64,000 bases of DNA, taken from a virus. Lineage: Duplodnaviria; Caudoviricetes. The DNA is taken from positions 167,847 to 231,846 of IMG/VR virus record IMGVR_UViG_3300028887_000070. The stretch is one strand, 5' to 3'. The notes beneath the pieces were generated by a model. The model was not told the origin of the DNA. It searched no databases and worked only from the letters and a program-made list of their open reading frames with translations. Shown piece after piece: positions 1 to 8,275 of the stretch; the first letter of the stretch is position 1; every line of letters begins with the position of its first letter. A program made the position numbers and the translations under genes.

Positions 1-7
1 GAAGAGA

Positions 8-232
8 ATGAAGAAGAGAAACGTTCCTGTGGACGAGTACAACAAACTCGTTAGACAGAGAAGCATAGCTATGAATGTGTTTAAGACAAACTTCAAGCAC
101 ATGAGTAGTCTCGACAAGAACTTCAACTTCGCAGCATACTACAACAGTACACCTTTCTCAGACAACGGTGTTAAGATCACTAACAGTACGTTAAGATACG
201 GACTGGCGGCAATGAAGAGAATCGTTAGATGA
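8..232 (+). CDS. hypothetical protein, possibly 5'-truncated at the window edge
   Basis: Frame is open from the window start; phage-like codon usage; followed by hairpin 242-266. Confidence 0.6.
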   Translation: MKKRNVPVDEYNKLVRQRSIAMNVFKTNFKHMSSLDKNFNFAAYYNSTPFSDNGVKITNSTLRYGLAAMKRIVR

Positions 233-241
233 CAAAAAAGA

Positions 242-266
242 AGGGGTGGCAGTGCTGACCACCCCT
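242..266. terminator. bidirectional intrinsic terminator hairpin
   Basis: AGGGGTGG-N9-CCACCCCT between convergent genes, with an A-tract on the left and T-rich sequence on the right. Confidence 0.7.
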
Positions 267-282
267 CCTCTTCTTGTATTAG

Positions 283-729
283 TTACATTGCTACTTGAAC
301 GAATTCGTCCAAGTTACAATCGTAACTGAGCAGTTCAACTATTTCTTCATTACTCATTTCCATACCTTTGATATCTTTATACCATTCAAATTGTACATAC
401 ATTTTGTCAAGGATAGATGTGATATGATTGATAGCTTCGTTTCCTGTGTACGATTGTCTCTCAAATACAGCAGTCTTATCAAAGAAGTCTATTAAGTCCA
501 TTACTTCGCTGAAGAATGTGAAGTCGATCTCGTTTAAAGTTACTAAAGCATTTCTGATAACTCTTATATACTTTGCGTCGTTGTCATCATTTACTGATGC
601 ATCATCTAAGCTTGCACCGTTGTCATTTACTTCGTGCATTATCGTATCATACATTCCGCCCAGAAGTACAAAGAGTTCATATGCCTTACGGTCAACTATA
701 CTCTTCTTGATTATATCGCGTCTTAACAT
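283..729 (-). CDS. hypothetical acidic protein (148 aa) behind the conserved structured leader; candidate early/anti-defence gene
   Basis: ORF with own promoter/leader (730-886), flanked by terminators on both sides. Confidence 0.8.
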   Translation of the reverse strand: MLRRDIIKKSIVDRKAYELFVLLGGMYDTIMHEVNDNGASLDDASVNDDNDAKYIRVIRNALVTLNEIDFTFFSEVMDLIDFFDKTAVFERQSYTGNEAINHITSILDKMYVQFEWYKDIKGMEMSNEEIVELLSYDCNLDEFVQVAM

Positions 730-886
730 AAAGCCCTCGCTTTCATTGTTCCTACCCTAGCGGCTCCTACCTTTCCACTTAGGAGCATAGTCATTTGCTG
801 AGTAGCAAGCCAAGAACGTCAACCTTTGTTGAACTACTACCTTGACTCACTACAATGGTATACAGTCAAAACCATCTACTTTTACG
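730..886 (-). ncRNA. promoter plus two-domain structured 5' leader RNA, copy 1
   Basis: Collinear with 10163-10316; stem-loop domains at 807-848 and 752-805 with compensatory changes between copies. Confidence 0.7.
855..864 (-). promoter_or_regulatory. early-type promoter TGTATACCAT
   Basis: Matches the TRYATAnnAT motif recurring upstream of non-structural genes; CGTAAAAGTAGA box upstream at 875-886. Confidence 0.6.
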
Positions 887-897
887 CAACAAAAAAA

Positions 898-923
898 AGA
901 ACGGACCCGTTAAGGTCCGTTCT
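898..923 (-). terminator. intrinsic terminator
   Basis: AGAACGGACC-N6-GGTCCGTTCT followed by a T-tract on the minus strand. Confidence 0.8.
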
Positions 924-934
924 CTATCTTTGTC

Positions 935-1057
935 TTACTCCTGGTTGGGCTTCTCTTCAGGCTCGTAATCCTTACAGTCCATGCAGCCGTTACATTCGAT
1001 ATGATATATGCAGCATTCATCGTAGTTGACGATGTACTTACAGTTTCTTGTATCCAT
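935..1057 (-). CDS. small Cys-rich protein (40 aa; MDTRNCKYIVNYDECCIYHIECNGCMDCKDYEPEEKPNQE), not in the ORF track
   Basis: AGGAGG RBS 7 nt before ATG; stop lies just before the terminator; 6 Cys. Confidence 0.7.
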   Translation of the reverse strand: MDTRNCKYIVNYDECCIYHIECNGCMDCKDYEPEEKPNQE

Positions 1058-1068
1058 ATTATACCTCC

Positions 1069-1848
1069 TTAGATATCGATCATACGTCTTACTCCATTGA
1101 TGTCATACTTACCAAAGCTCATTACATTAAAGAGACCATTCACAGCATTGATAAGAGTAGAACTAGTCTCAGCATCAATCTTATCCTTAAGACGTGCTAT
1201 AAGTGAATCGATACTCTTTGTCTTTACACATGGGAATTTTGGTGTTTGGTATAAAGATGACATCGCCATATCACTATACTCTGCTGCAGGAATCGACTTT
1301 GCTTCAATGCCACCTATAAGTTCTGTGAAGAGATTTGCTGTCTCATAGTCTCTAAGCTTCTCGAATATTTCCTTTATAGTATCGAGGAAGTTTGTATACA
1401 CAGGAGTCCATTCACCATCAGAGTGCGTATAGCTTATTTTAGGAAGACAGAGTTCATTGTATACATATCTGAGCATAAAGTACAACTTAGACTTGTTTGT
1501 CTTAGCGACAGTATCAAGAGATGTATCTCTGAGCTCTATATTGCTATCTCTTGAGATGACATAGATCTGACTAAGAATAGCATCTCTGATGTTTCCTTCT
1601 CTGAGATCTTTACAGATGTATTCATTGTAGTCCTTGTAAGGTTCGCCGTCTTCGGTACAGCAATCGGGCGCCTTGTTGTACAGCTCCCATATCTTATCAT
1701 ATGCGTTTTGTGATACAGGATCGATCAGTGATTTCATGTTCTCCATGATAACGTAAAAGTTCATACCAGAAGGATAGTCTCTATAGAGTTCCTCTTGAAG
1801 ACTTGTAAGTTGCTTCTTGAGCTCTTTGAGCTTCTTACTGCTCTCCAT
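1069..1848 (-). CDS. hypothetical protein, paralog of 1835-2659
   Basis: Collinear with its neighbour (LQEELY.D.PS, SLDTVAKTNKSKLYF, TLINAVNG, MSFGKY). Confidence 0.85.
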   Translation of the reverse strand: MESSKKLKELKKQLTSLQEELYRDYPSGMNFYVIMENMKSLIDPVSQNAYDKIWELYNKAPDCCTEDGEPYKDYNEYICKDLREGNIRDAILSQIYVISRDSNIELRDTSLDTVAKTNKSKLYFMLRYVYNELCLPKISYTHSDGEWTPVYTNFLDTIKEIFEKLRDYETANLFTELIGGIEAKSIPAAEYSDMAMSSLYQTPKFPCVKTKSIDSLIARLKDKIDAETSSTLINAVNGLFNVMSFGKYDINGVRRMIDI

Positions 1849-2659
1849 TGTTAGTACCTCCTCTTATACATGGTGGGATCTCACAGAGATCTATCATGCG
1901 TTTAATGTCTACTATCTCGTACTTGCCAAAGCTCATTATGTCAAGCATGCCATTGACTGCATTGATAAGAGTGGTATCTGTCTCAGCGTCTATTCTAGTC
2001 TTAAGAGTTGCTTCAAGTCCAGTTATGAGATCCATGTTAACACACTGGAACTCTGGAGTCTGACATATAGCAGCTACGAACTCATTGACATTGTTAGAAA
2101 TTGGCGGCTTCTTCATCTCTATAGATCCCAATAGACGATTGAGCATACTTATCATCTCATCATCTTTCAGGTCTTCAAAGATGTCTCTTAAATTGAAGAG
2201 ATAACTTGTATCTACTGGCATCCACGTTCCATCTGGGAGATTGAAGCTTATCTTAGCCATAGTGATATCATTGTAGAAGTATCTAAGAATGAAGTACAAC
2301 TTAGACTTGTTTGTCTTAGCGACAGTATCAAGAGAGTCGTCTTTGAGTTCAATCTTATTCTCTCTTGTTATAGTGTAGATCTGGCTAATGATACCATCTC
2401 TGATTGTACCATTTCTGACGTCATTACAGATATACTGATTGAAGTCCTTATAGGGTACATCACCACCATTAGTACTACGGAAGTCAGGTGCCTCGTTGTA
2501 GAGATTCCATATTTCCTCATATGCTCTCACAGATACAGGATCAATCAAATCCTTTATAGCTTCCATGATAGTCTTGAAGTTGTGCCTGCTAGGAAAGTCT
2601 TTATAGAGTTCTTCCTGAAGGGCTATGAGCTGTTTCTTGAGCTTCTTACTGTTATCCAT
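1835..2659 (-). CDS. hypothetical protein, paralog of 1069-1848
   Basis: Same shared blocks as its neighbour; GGAGG RBS. Confidence 0.85.
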   Translation of the reverse strand: MDNSKKLKKQLIALQEELYKDFPSRHNFKTIMEAIKDLIDPVSVRAYEEIWNLYNEAPDFRSTNGGDVPYKDFNQYICNDVRNGTIRDGIISQIYTITRENKIELKDDSLDTVAKTNKSKLYFILRYFYNDITMAKISFNLPDGTWMPVDTSYLFNLRDIFEDLKDDEMISMLNRLLGSIEMKKPPISNNVNEFVAAICQTPEFQCVNMDLITGLEATLKTRIDAETDTTLINAVNGMLDIMSFGKYEIVDIKRMIDLCEIPPCIRGGTNNGEQ

Positions 2660-3041
2660 TGTTAGTTTCCTCCTTGTTATACTCGAAGATTCGAGTTACT
2701 TCGAACAAGCCAACCTCAGCAAAGAAATCGACACACATTTTGTCGACAGCTTTGGCTTCGTCCTTTCCATCAGTCCATGTGTCGAGCGCGTTCAGAAGTT
2801 CCAAACCAGGTACAGCATCTTCACACTCGCCATTCAGTTCGCAGAGAAGTATATAACCCATAGAGTAATCGTACTTCCCTCCTATGTTTCTTTTGTTCTT
2901 GTCATGTTCATTGTAGGCCTTATTAGCCTTACACATCACAGTCGCCCAGAGATTGACTCTTCTATCGAAGTCGACATTCTTGTCTCTGATAGCAGCCACT
3001 ATCTCATCAGTAAAGCTAACTGTTATGTTCTTCATAATCAT
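2652..3041 (-). CDS. hypothetical protein
   Basis: GAAAGGAGG RBS before ATG at 3041; first gene of the leftward early operon. Confidence 0.8.
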   Translation of the reverse strand: MIMKNITVSFTDEIVAAIRDKNVDFDRRVNLWATVMCKANKAYNEHDKNKRNIGGKYDYSMGYILLCELNGECEDAVPGLELLNALDTWTDGKDEAKAVDKMCVDFFAEVGLFEVTRIFEYNKEETNNG

Positions 3042-3091
3042 AAGTCTACCTCCTTTCATAGATTGATGTATACCCTTGGGTGTACATCACT

Positions 3092-3118
3092 ATAATATGT
3101 AACTAGGTTATATATTAT
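3092..3118. promoter_or_regulatory. divergent early-type promoter pair forming an inverted repeat
   Basis: ATAATATGTAAC-TAG-GTTATATATTAT; TACATATTAT on the minus strand and TATATATTAT on the plus strand, each followed by a 5' hairpin. Confidence 0.6.
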
Positions 3119-3165
3119 CACGTTGAGACTGAGAAGTCTTAATACTTTGGAAAGGAGGCATTCTT

Positions 3166-3735
3166 ATGCTAACAGGATCCGCGATTATACAGGCGGTCAA
3201 GAAGAAAGAGATACAGATCACGCCATTTGACATATCATGTATCAACCCAAACAGTTACAATGTCCATCTCGCTAACACTCTGAAGATATACACGGAGCAT
3301 AGAGTTTTGGACACTAGGGAGAAGAACATCCCTGATTATGAACGTACAATACCAGAAGAAGGATTCATACTCTATCCTGGTAAGCTGTACATTGGCTCTA
3401 TAGTAGAACGAGTCAAGAGCAACTTCTATATATCTGCAATCGACGGAAGATCTTCTATAGGAAGACTTGGTCTGCAGATACATGCAACAGCAGGTTTCGG
3501 AGATATAGGATTTGATGGACACTATACTCTGGAGATGATCGCAACTGTTCCAGTGAGAGTCTATCCTAATGACCTCATAGGACAGCTGTACTTTGAGAAA
3601 CCTGATGGCGATGTAGACTTCCTCTATAGTGGAAGATATCAACACCAGGTAACGCCTACTGAGAGTAGGATTGAAATCGATAGCCGAACTATCAAGGGCT
3701 ATCACTATGTAGAACAACAGAAAAAAGATGAGTAG
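3166..3735 (+). CDS. dcd: dCTP deaminase
   Basis: INPNSYNVHL, DGRSSIGRLGL, AGFGDIGFDGHYTLE, IGQLYF and YSGRYQHQ motifs. Confidence 0.92.
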   Translation: MLTGSAIIQAVKKKEIQITPFDISCINPNSYNVHLANTLKIYTEHRVLDTREKNIPDYERTIPEEGFILYPGKLYIGSIVERVKSNFYISAIDGRSSIGRLGLQIHATAGFGDIGFDGHYTLEMIATVPVRVYPNDLIGQLYFEKPDGDVDFLYSGRYQHQVTPTESRIEIDSRTIKGYHYVEQQKKDE

Positions 3736-3748
3736 GAGAGATGTAATC

Positions 3749-4492
3749 ATGAGTAAGGAAACAGATAACAAGAAACTGGTAGGAACCTATTGGTACAACA
3801 AGATAAGTGATGATGAGTATGAGCTCTATCGTCATATAGACTATGTATATGGAGACAAACCAGTATATGAAAACGTTGAGACACATAAAGTTTCACTCAG
3901 TATACCTGAGACTTGTATAGAGCTTGTACCTATCATGACACTTGCTATAGATAAGGTGATGGGTGAGTTCTACTTCGTGCTCAGACATGATGATGGTAAG
4001 ATTGTCAGAGCATACAACGCATGGTCTATCAAGAGACCTATACATATCAAGAAAGAGATAAAAGCTATTGAAGCTAAAGAGAACTATGTATTTGCTCTCT
4101 ATGTAAACGATGATGTAAACACTCTTAAGAGACTCGGAATCAACAATGATGTTGTAGTCTATAACATCTTATCACTGTTTCACATCGAAACTGGTATTGT
4201 TGAGACTCAACATTCTAACCTCATAACAGATAAATATGAGGGTGAGCAGTTCATCGAAGAGTTTGAGAACCAGTTCGATATAGAACTGGTTGGCTATAAG
4301 CTCTTTGACTACGACTTCTCTATTAACCTCTCTAAGATAGTGCAAGAGTATCAAGTGATAGTAGATAAAGACAATCACTTCTATCTGATCACTTACACAA
4401 GCAAGGCTAGAGAGATCGATCCAGACAACAACGAAGATGACAAGAACCTGAAGGAGATATCAGACTTCATGGATAGTCTTGTCAAAAGGTAA
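3749..4492 (+). CDS. hypothetical protein
   Basis: Long ORF; AGGAG RBS favours ATG at 3749 over 3728. Confidence 0.8.
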   Translation: MSKETDNKKLVGTYWYNKISDDEYELYRHIDYVYGDKPVYENVETHKVSLSIPETCIELVPIMTLAIDKVMGEFYFVLRHDDGKIVRAYNAWSIKRPIHIKKEIKAIEAKENYVFALYVNDDVNTLKRLGINNDVVVYNILSLFHIETGIVETQHSNLITDKYEGEQFIEEFENQFDIELVGYKLFDYDFSINLSKIVQEYQVIVDKDNHFYLITYTSKAREIDPDNNEDDKNLKEISDFMDSLVKR

Positions 4493-4498
4493 GATAAC

Positions 4499-4549
4499 TG
4501 TATATAATAGGAGTGTCCTTAGGTAGCTTCTTACCTTAGGGACAACTCC
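4499..4549 (+). promoter_or_regulatory. early-type promoter TGTATATAAT with 5' hairpin (4510-4549)
   Basis: Motif match; GGAGTGTCCTTAGGTA...TACCTTAGGGACAACTCC stem. Confidence 0.6.
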
Positions 4550-4582
4550 ATTATAATAATAACACAAAGGAGGACACATACT

Positions 4583-5632
4583 ATGAGTATGAAGTCAATG
4601 GAATCAGCCGTTCTCGATGAAATCTTTAAGGACCACATCGATGACAGTGACGACACCACAAATGTAGCAAATCCCACAGCTGCATCAACAGACTCAGAGG
4701 ATGCTACAACAGTAGATACATCATCTACTTCAAAGGATACATCATCCACAACAACATCTGCACCCGCAGAAAAGAAGATCGGTAAGATCAAGTGGAAGGG
4801 TGATTATAAGCCCGAACCCGTACAGTATGCTATACCTGTGAACAGCAACATGATCCTCAAGGAAACATCTGAGTTCCTCAGAGGAATCTTCGATGACTTC
4901 GATGGCTGTGCATGTGATTGGCAAGACAACGTTAACAGTAACAATCAGCAGGGTACATTCAGTATAACAGCTCGTTTCATCTACAAGCAGAATCTTGATG
5001 ACGACAAAAAGTTCAGAGCAGTACAGTCTAAGCTTGGTTCCGTTAAGGAATCATCTGCATCAGACGCACTCAGCATCTACAATGCTATGAAGTTCGGCAA
5101 AGCTGCAAAGAACAATGAGGTATTCATCACTGAGAACCTCAAGGAAGTTCTTAAGGACTATGTTCCTAACTGCGTTGGTGTTATAAATGAGCAGAAAGGC
5201 ACAGTAACTATCAACCAGATCAAGAACAATAAGGGTCAGATTAACTGGGATCTTGTAACTAAGGTCAATGTAGTCGACCATCCATTCAACTACAATCAGA
5301 AGATCTATGAGGTACTTGTTACACTCGATGGTCTGAAGCTGTATGAGGAAATCCTCAAGCACGGTGAAGACGCTCTGATCGAAGATTGGCACAAGAACAA
5401 GGACGGAATCTGGGTTCGTAAGACCAAGTATGATGACTGGACTGTACAGCTCATCAGAGAGTGGCAGGGCGAGCTCCGTACTGACCTTTATGATAACGGA
5501 GATTATCAGAACATCAACGTTATCAAGATGAAAGCAATACTCCAGAACAATCCTGCAGCTCGTAGAATAAACTCAGTAATGAACCAGGGTGTTATCGTTA
5601 CTGGCATTCCGATGCAGAGAAAGTTCGTATAA
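4583..5632 (+). CDS. hypothetical protein (349 aa) with acidic S/T-rich N-terminal arm; monocistronic
   Basis: AAGGAGG RBS, own promoter and terminator, strongly biased codon usage. Confidence 0.85.
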   Translation: MSMKSMESAVLDEIFKDHIDDSDDTTNVANPTAASTDSEDATTVDTSSTSKDTSSTTTSAPAEKKIGKIKWKGDYKPEPVQYAIPVNSNMILKETSEFLRGIFDDFDGCACDWQDNVNSNNQQGTFSITARFIYKQNLDDDKKFRAVQSKLGSVKESSASDALSIYNAMKFGKAAKNNEVFITENLKEVLKDYVPNCVGVINEQKGTVTINQIKNNKGQINWDLVTKVNVVDHPFNYNQKIYEVLVTLDGLKLYEEILKHGEDALIEDWHKNKDGIWVRKTKYDDWTVQLIREWQGELRTDLYDNGDYQNINVIKMKAILQNNPAARRINSVMNQGVIVTGIPMQRKFV

Positions 5633-5656
5633 GCTTACACACAGCAAACATCATAA

Positions 5657-5688
5657 GGTGGCGGGGTCTAACTCCGCCACTATTTTTT
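5657..5688 (+). terminator. intrinsic terminator
   Basis: GGTGGCGGGG-tctaa-CTCCGCCACT followed by a T-tract. Confidence 0.8.
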
Positions 5689-5705
5689 ATGAAAGGAAGA
5701 TCTAC

Positions 5706-6104
5706 ATGACCGAAACGACAGGTACTAAGATTACCTTTGATATCACTGGTATCAATGAGATAATCGAAGAGAAAGAGAACCAGTTTACGGCTCTCAGAGA
5801 AGTTCAGTGGGGAGACAGACAGTCAAACCTTGAGCTTCGTCGTTGGAGAAACATGCCTGATGGTGGAGAGTTCCCTCTTAAGGGTGCAACTTTCATGACA
5901 CCTGAAGGTCCTAGTACTCTTGCAGAGACATTAGTTAGCCTTGGATTTGGCAATACTAAAGAGATCCTTTCTAGCATTAAGAACAGGGATGACTTCAGAA
6001 GAAGTCTCAACACTGTTCTTGGAAAGAGCGATGAGCTCTATGATGAAAGTGCGGGGGAAGTTGATGATGATTACTATGATCCTTCGGAGCTAATGAAGCT
6101 TTGA
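5706..6104 (+). CDS. PC4/YdbC-like ssDNA-binding protein
   Basis: LREVQWG...LELRRW...KGATF pattern of the PC4/YdbC fold; acidic C-terminal tail; GAAAGGAAG RBS before 5706. Confidence 0.65.
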   Translation: MTETTGTKITFDITGINEIIEEKENQFTALREVQWGDRQSNLELRRWRNMPDGGEFPLKGATFMTPEGPSTLAETLVSLGFGNTKEILSSIKNRDDFRRSLNTVLGKSDELYDESAGEVDDDYYDPSELMKL

Positions 6105-6346
6105 GATGGAAAGCAATCATTGAAAAGAACGAACGTGGGGAGTTGATAACAATCACCCCCACTAAGTTCGACTTTATCAAGACTAGCCATGATATAGATG
6201 CACTTCATCAACAACCAATCATAATACCTGATAAGAATGACAGTAGGAAGCTCGCTATATACTTTAACTGTGAAGATAGTGTAGTAGAAGCTGTCAATGT
6301 TGCCCAAGAACTCTATCTTGGGTATATTGAAGGAGGTTTTAAGTAA
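6101..6346 (+). CDS. hypothetical protein
   Basis: Overlaps both neighbours, consistent with translational coupling. Confidence 0.65.
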   Translation: MRWKAIIEKNERGELITITPTKFDFIKTSHDIDALHQQPIIIPDKNDSRKLAIYFNCEDSVVEAVNVAQELYLGYIEGGFK

Positions 6347-6663
6347 TGGGAGCATATGATGATTATATGGACGAGAACCATCCCTTTGGCATCACATCTA
6401 CAGTAGATGATGAGCATAAGAAGCTTGATGAGGATGGTATCTATATAGAGAAGTGTGACGACACCTCTTGCATCAATCATGATTCAAGAGGATTCTGTAG
6501 ATACGAGTCTTGTGTACTCAAAGCAGCAATCCTTCCCAAACAGCATACTAAATTCATGTGTCATTGTGTAGTATGTGGAAACGAGAAAGACTTCTCTAAT
6601 CTTCGTGGAGACATCTGCACTGACTGTATGGGCCGTATCATCAATAAGCTTCTGGAGGAATGA
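6346..6663 (+). CDS. Cys-rich putative zinc-binding protein
   Basis: C-x4-C...C-x4-C, CxCxxC and CxxC; AGGAGG RBS. Confidence 0.7.
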   Translation: MGAYDDYMDENHPFGITSTVDDEHKKLDEDGIYIEKCDDTSCINHDSRGFCRYESCVLKAAILPKQHTKFMCHCVVCGNEKDFSNLRGDICTDCMGRIINKLLEE

Positions 6664-6666
6664 ACC

Positions 6667-7749
6667 ATGTACTTCGTTCCTGCAAAGAGAGGCTTTAACT
6701 CAGAGTATATCCCAGTACAGGCTATACTCTTCTCTTACTACATCAAGTATGATAATCTGAGGGAGCTCACTAGTGAGGCTTTCTCAGGATCAGATTCAGA
6801 TGAACTGATAGTGTACATAGACTGCTATGATATCATCAAGTCTATATACAACAGATCTCTGTTAGGACCAGATGGACTCTTTGAGTCTTCATCCAATATC
6901 CTTACATCAGCCCTATTGAATCTGGCTGCTCACCTTAGATCATTCTATTGGAGCGGCTATCATGTAAAAACAGAGTTCTATCTAGTGTTCAGTGAACAGC
7001 CTCAAGGGGTTAGTCTTAACCACTACTGTCATAACGAACACCTTGATAGAATCATCGACTTAAACCTTAAGATGCTGCGTACACTATGTCCATACATTCC
7101 AGGTGTCTATCTTATGGAGAGAACTTGGGATTCTTCTATAGTAGTAATGACGGATGTCAAGCAGCATAGAGAAGCAGGAATCAACACTCCTGCGATAATC
7201 ATTTCTAAAAATGATATGATGTGGCAAATACCTTGCCAATACCCAGATATTGCTGTATTCAGACCACGCAAGACGTCATCTGGGGACACGTCATTTTGCG
7301 TACATCAACGCAACGTCGTTTCAGTGTACAGAACACAGAGAAGGCACATGAAAACGATGCTAGAGGCATTTCTAGCTCCTGGACTACTTCCGTTATATAT
7401 AGCGATGACTAGTTATAGTGAGTTGGATCTGCCAATCTACTTTAGCTCTTCCAGAGCAGTATCTTTGATAACTGGAATGGTAAGAGATAACAGAATTCTT
7501 AATGGCTATAACTCTCCAGATGCTATAGAGGGCATACTGAAAGAAGTTAGTCTTAAGAGTGGACAGATGAACTTGTATGAGAGGTATAAGATAATAGACC
7601 TCTTCTATAAGGCAAACATCTACCAAACAAAGCCTGAGTCTACCATACTGCTTAAGACTCAGTTATCAGACGTAGCAGGTGTAGAAAGCATCAATAACGA
7701 GTACTTCACAAGTAACCCGATTGACATCATACACTTGTTCTACTCATAA
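6667..7749 (+). CDS. putative PIN/FEN-like (T4 RNase H-type) 5'-3' nuclease-fold protein
   Basis: LIVYIDCYDII N-terminal strand and IIISKNDMMWQ resembling the 5'-nuclease IISxDxDxxQ motif; catalytic acids partly divergent. Confidence 0.45.
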   Translation: MYFVPAKRGFNSEYIPVQAILFSYYIKYDNLRELTSEAFSGSDSDELIVYIDCYDIIKSIYNRSLLGPDGLFESSSNILTSALLNLAAHLRSFYWSGYHVKTEFYLVFSEQPQGVSLNHYCHNEHLDRIIDLNLKMLRTLCPYIPGVYLMERTWDSSIVVMTDVKQHREAGINTPAIIISKNDMMWQIPCQYPDIAVFRPRKTSSGDTSFCVHQRNVVSVYRTQRRHMKTMLEAFLAPGLLPLYIAMTSYSELDLPIYFSSSRAVSLITGMVRDNRILNGYNSPDAIEGILKEVSLKSGQMNLYERYKIIDLFYKANIYQTKPESTILLKTQLSDVAGVESINNEYFTSNPIDIIHLFYS

Positions 7750-7765
7750 GATGGGAGGAATAGTT

Positions 7766-8275
7766 ATGAACTTATTCAATGAAGATAAGATTGATAGGTT
7801 TACTAGTACGATTGAGATGGACAACATAAACAATCTAAACGACAATAGACTGAAGGATATGATCGACAGCTTCAAAGGTCACTACTTCAATGTGATTAGG
7901 TATCATATAATGGAGCATTATGGCATGTCTTCACTAATACTTTACTGTAACAACGCTCCTAGTAGTGATACGTTCGAAGGGACTACTCTTCATGCGATCT
8001 TCTGTGTTGACCCAGAATATGATAAGCTTTCTAGATCGATAGTAGAGACAACTTACAAGAAATTTATCAAAGCTGTTCGCGACAGTGTAAACAACAATGA
8101 GAATCCTACATTCTCGATAGGCACTGAAATATTTGGAGAGACACTTAGTCGTGATGAAGAGAATCATCCAGTAAACGATTCATTCAGTCATCAGCATCCA
8201 TTACTCAATGTAATCGAGAACATCTGGAGTGAAGAAGAAAACGATGATGAGAGAGAAGAAGGTAAGATCATATGA
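7766..8275 (+). CDS. hypothetical protein
   Basis: GGGAGG RBS before ATG 7766. Confidence 0.75.
   Translation: MNLFNEDKIDRFTSTIEMDNINNLNDNRLKDMIDSFKGHYFNVIRYHIMEHYGMSSLILYCNNAPSSDTFEGTTLHAIFCVDPEYDKLSRSIVETTYKKFIKAVRDSVNNNENPTFSIGTEIFGETLSRDEENHPVNDSFSHQHPLLNVIENIWSEEENDDEREEGKII

Noticed and set aside
730-886. Leader element as a CRISPR repeat/Racr mimic, tRNA, c-di-GMP-I riboswitch or hammerhead ribozyme
   Set aside because: No repeat-spacer periodicity, no cloverleaf or T-loop, and no GCAAAC/GACGCAAAG or CUGAnGA core; left as an unknown structured RNA.
4583-5632. Chimallin (nuclear shell protein) or PhuZ tubulin
   Set aside because: Too short for chimallin, and no GGGTG(S/T)G tubulin motif was seen here or elsewhere in the window.
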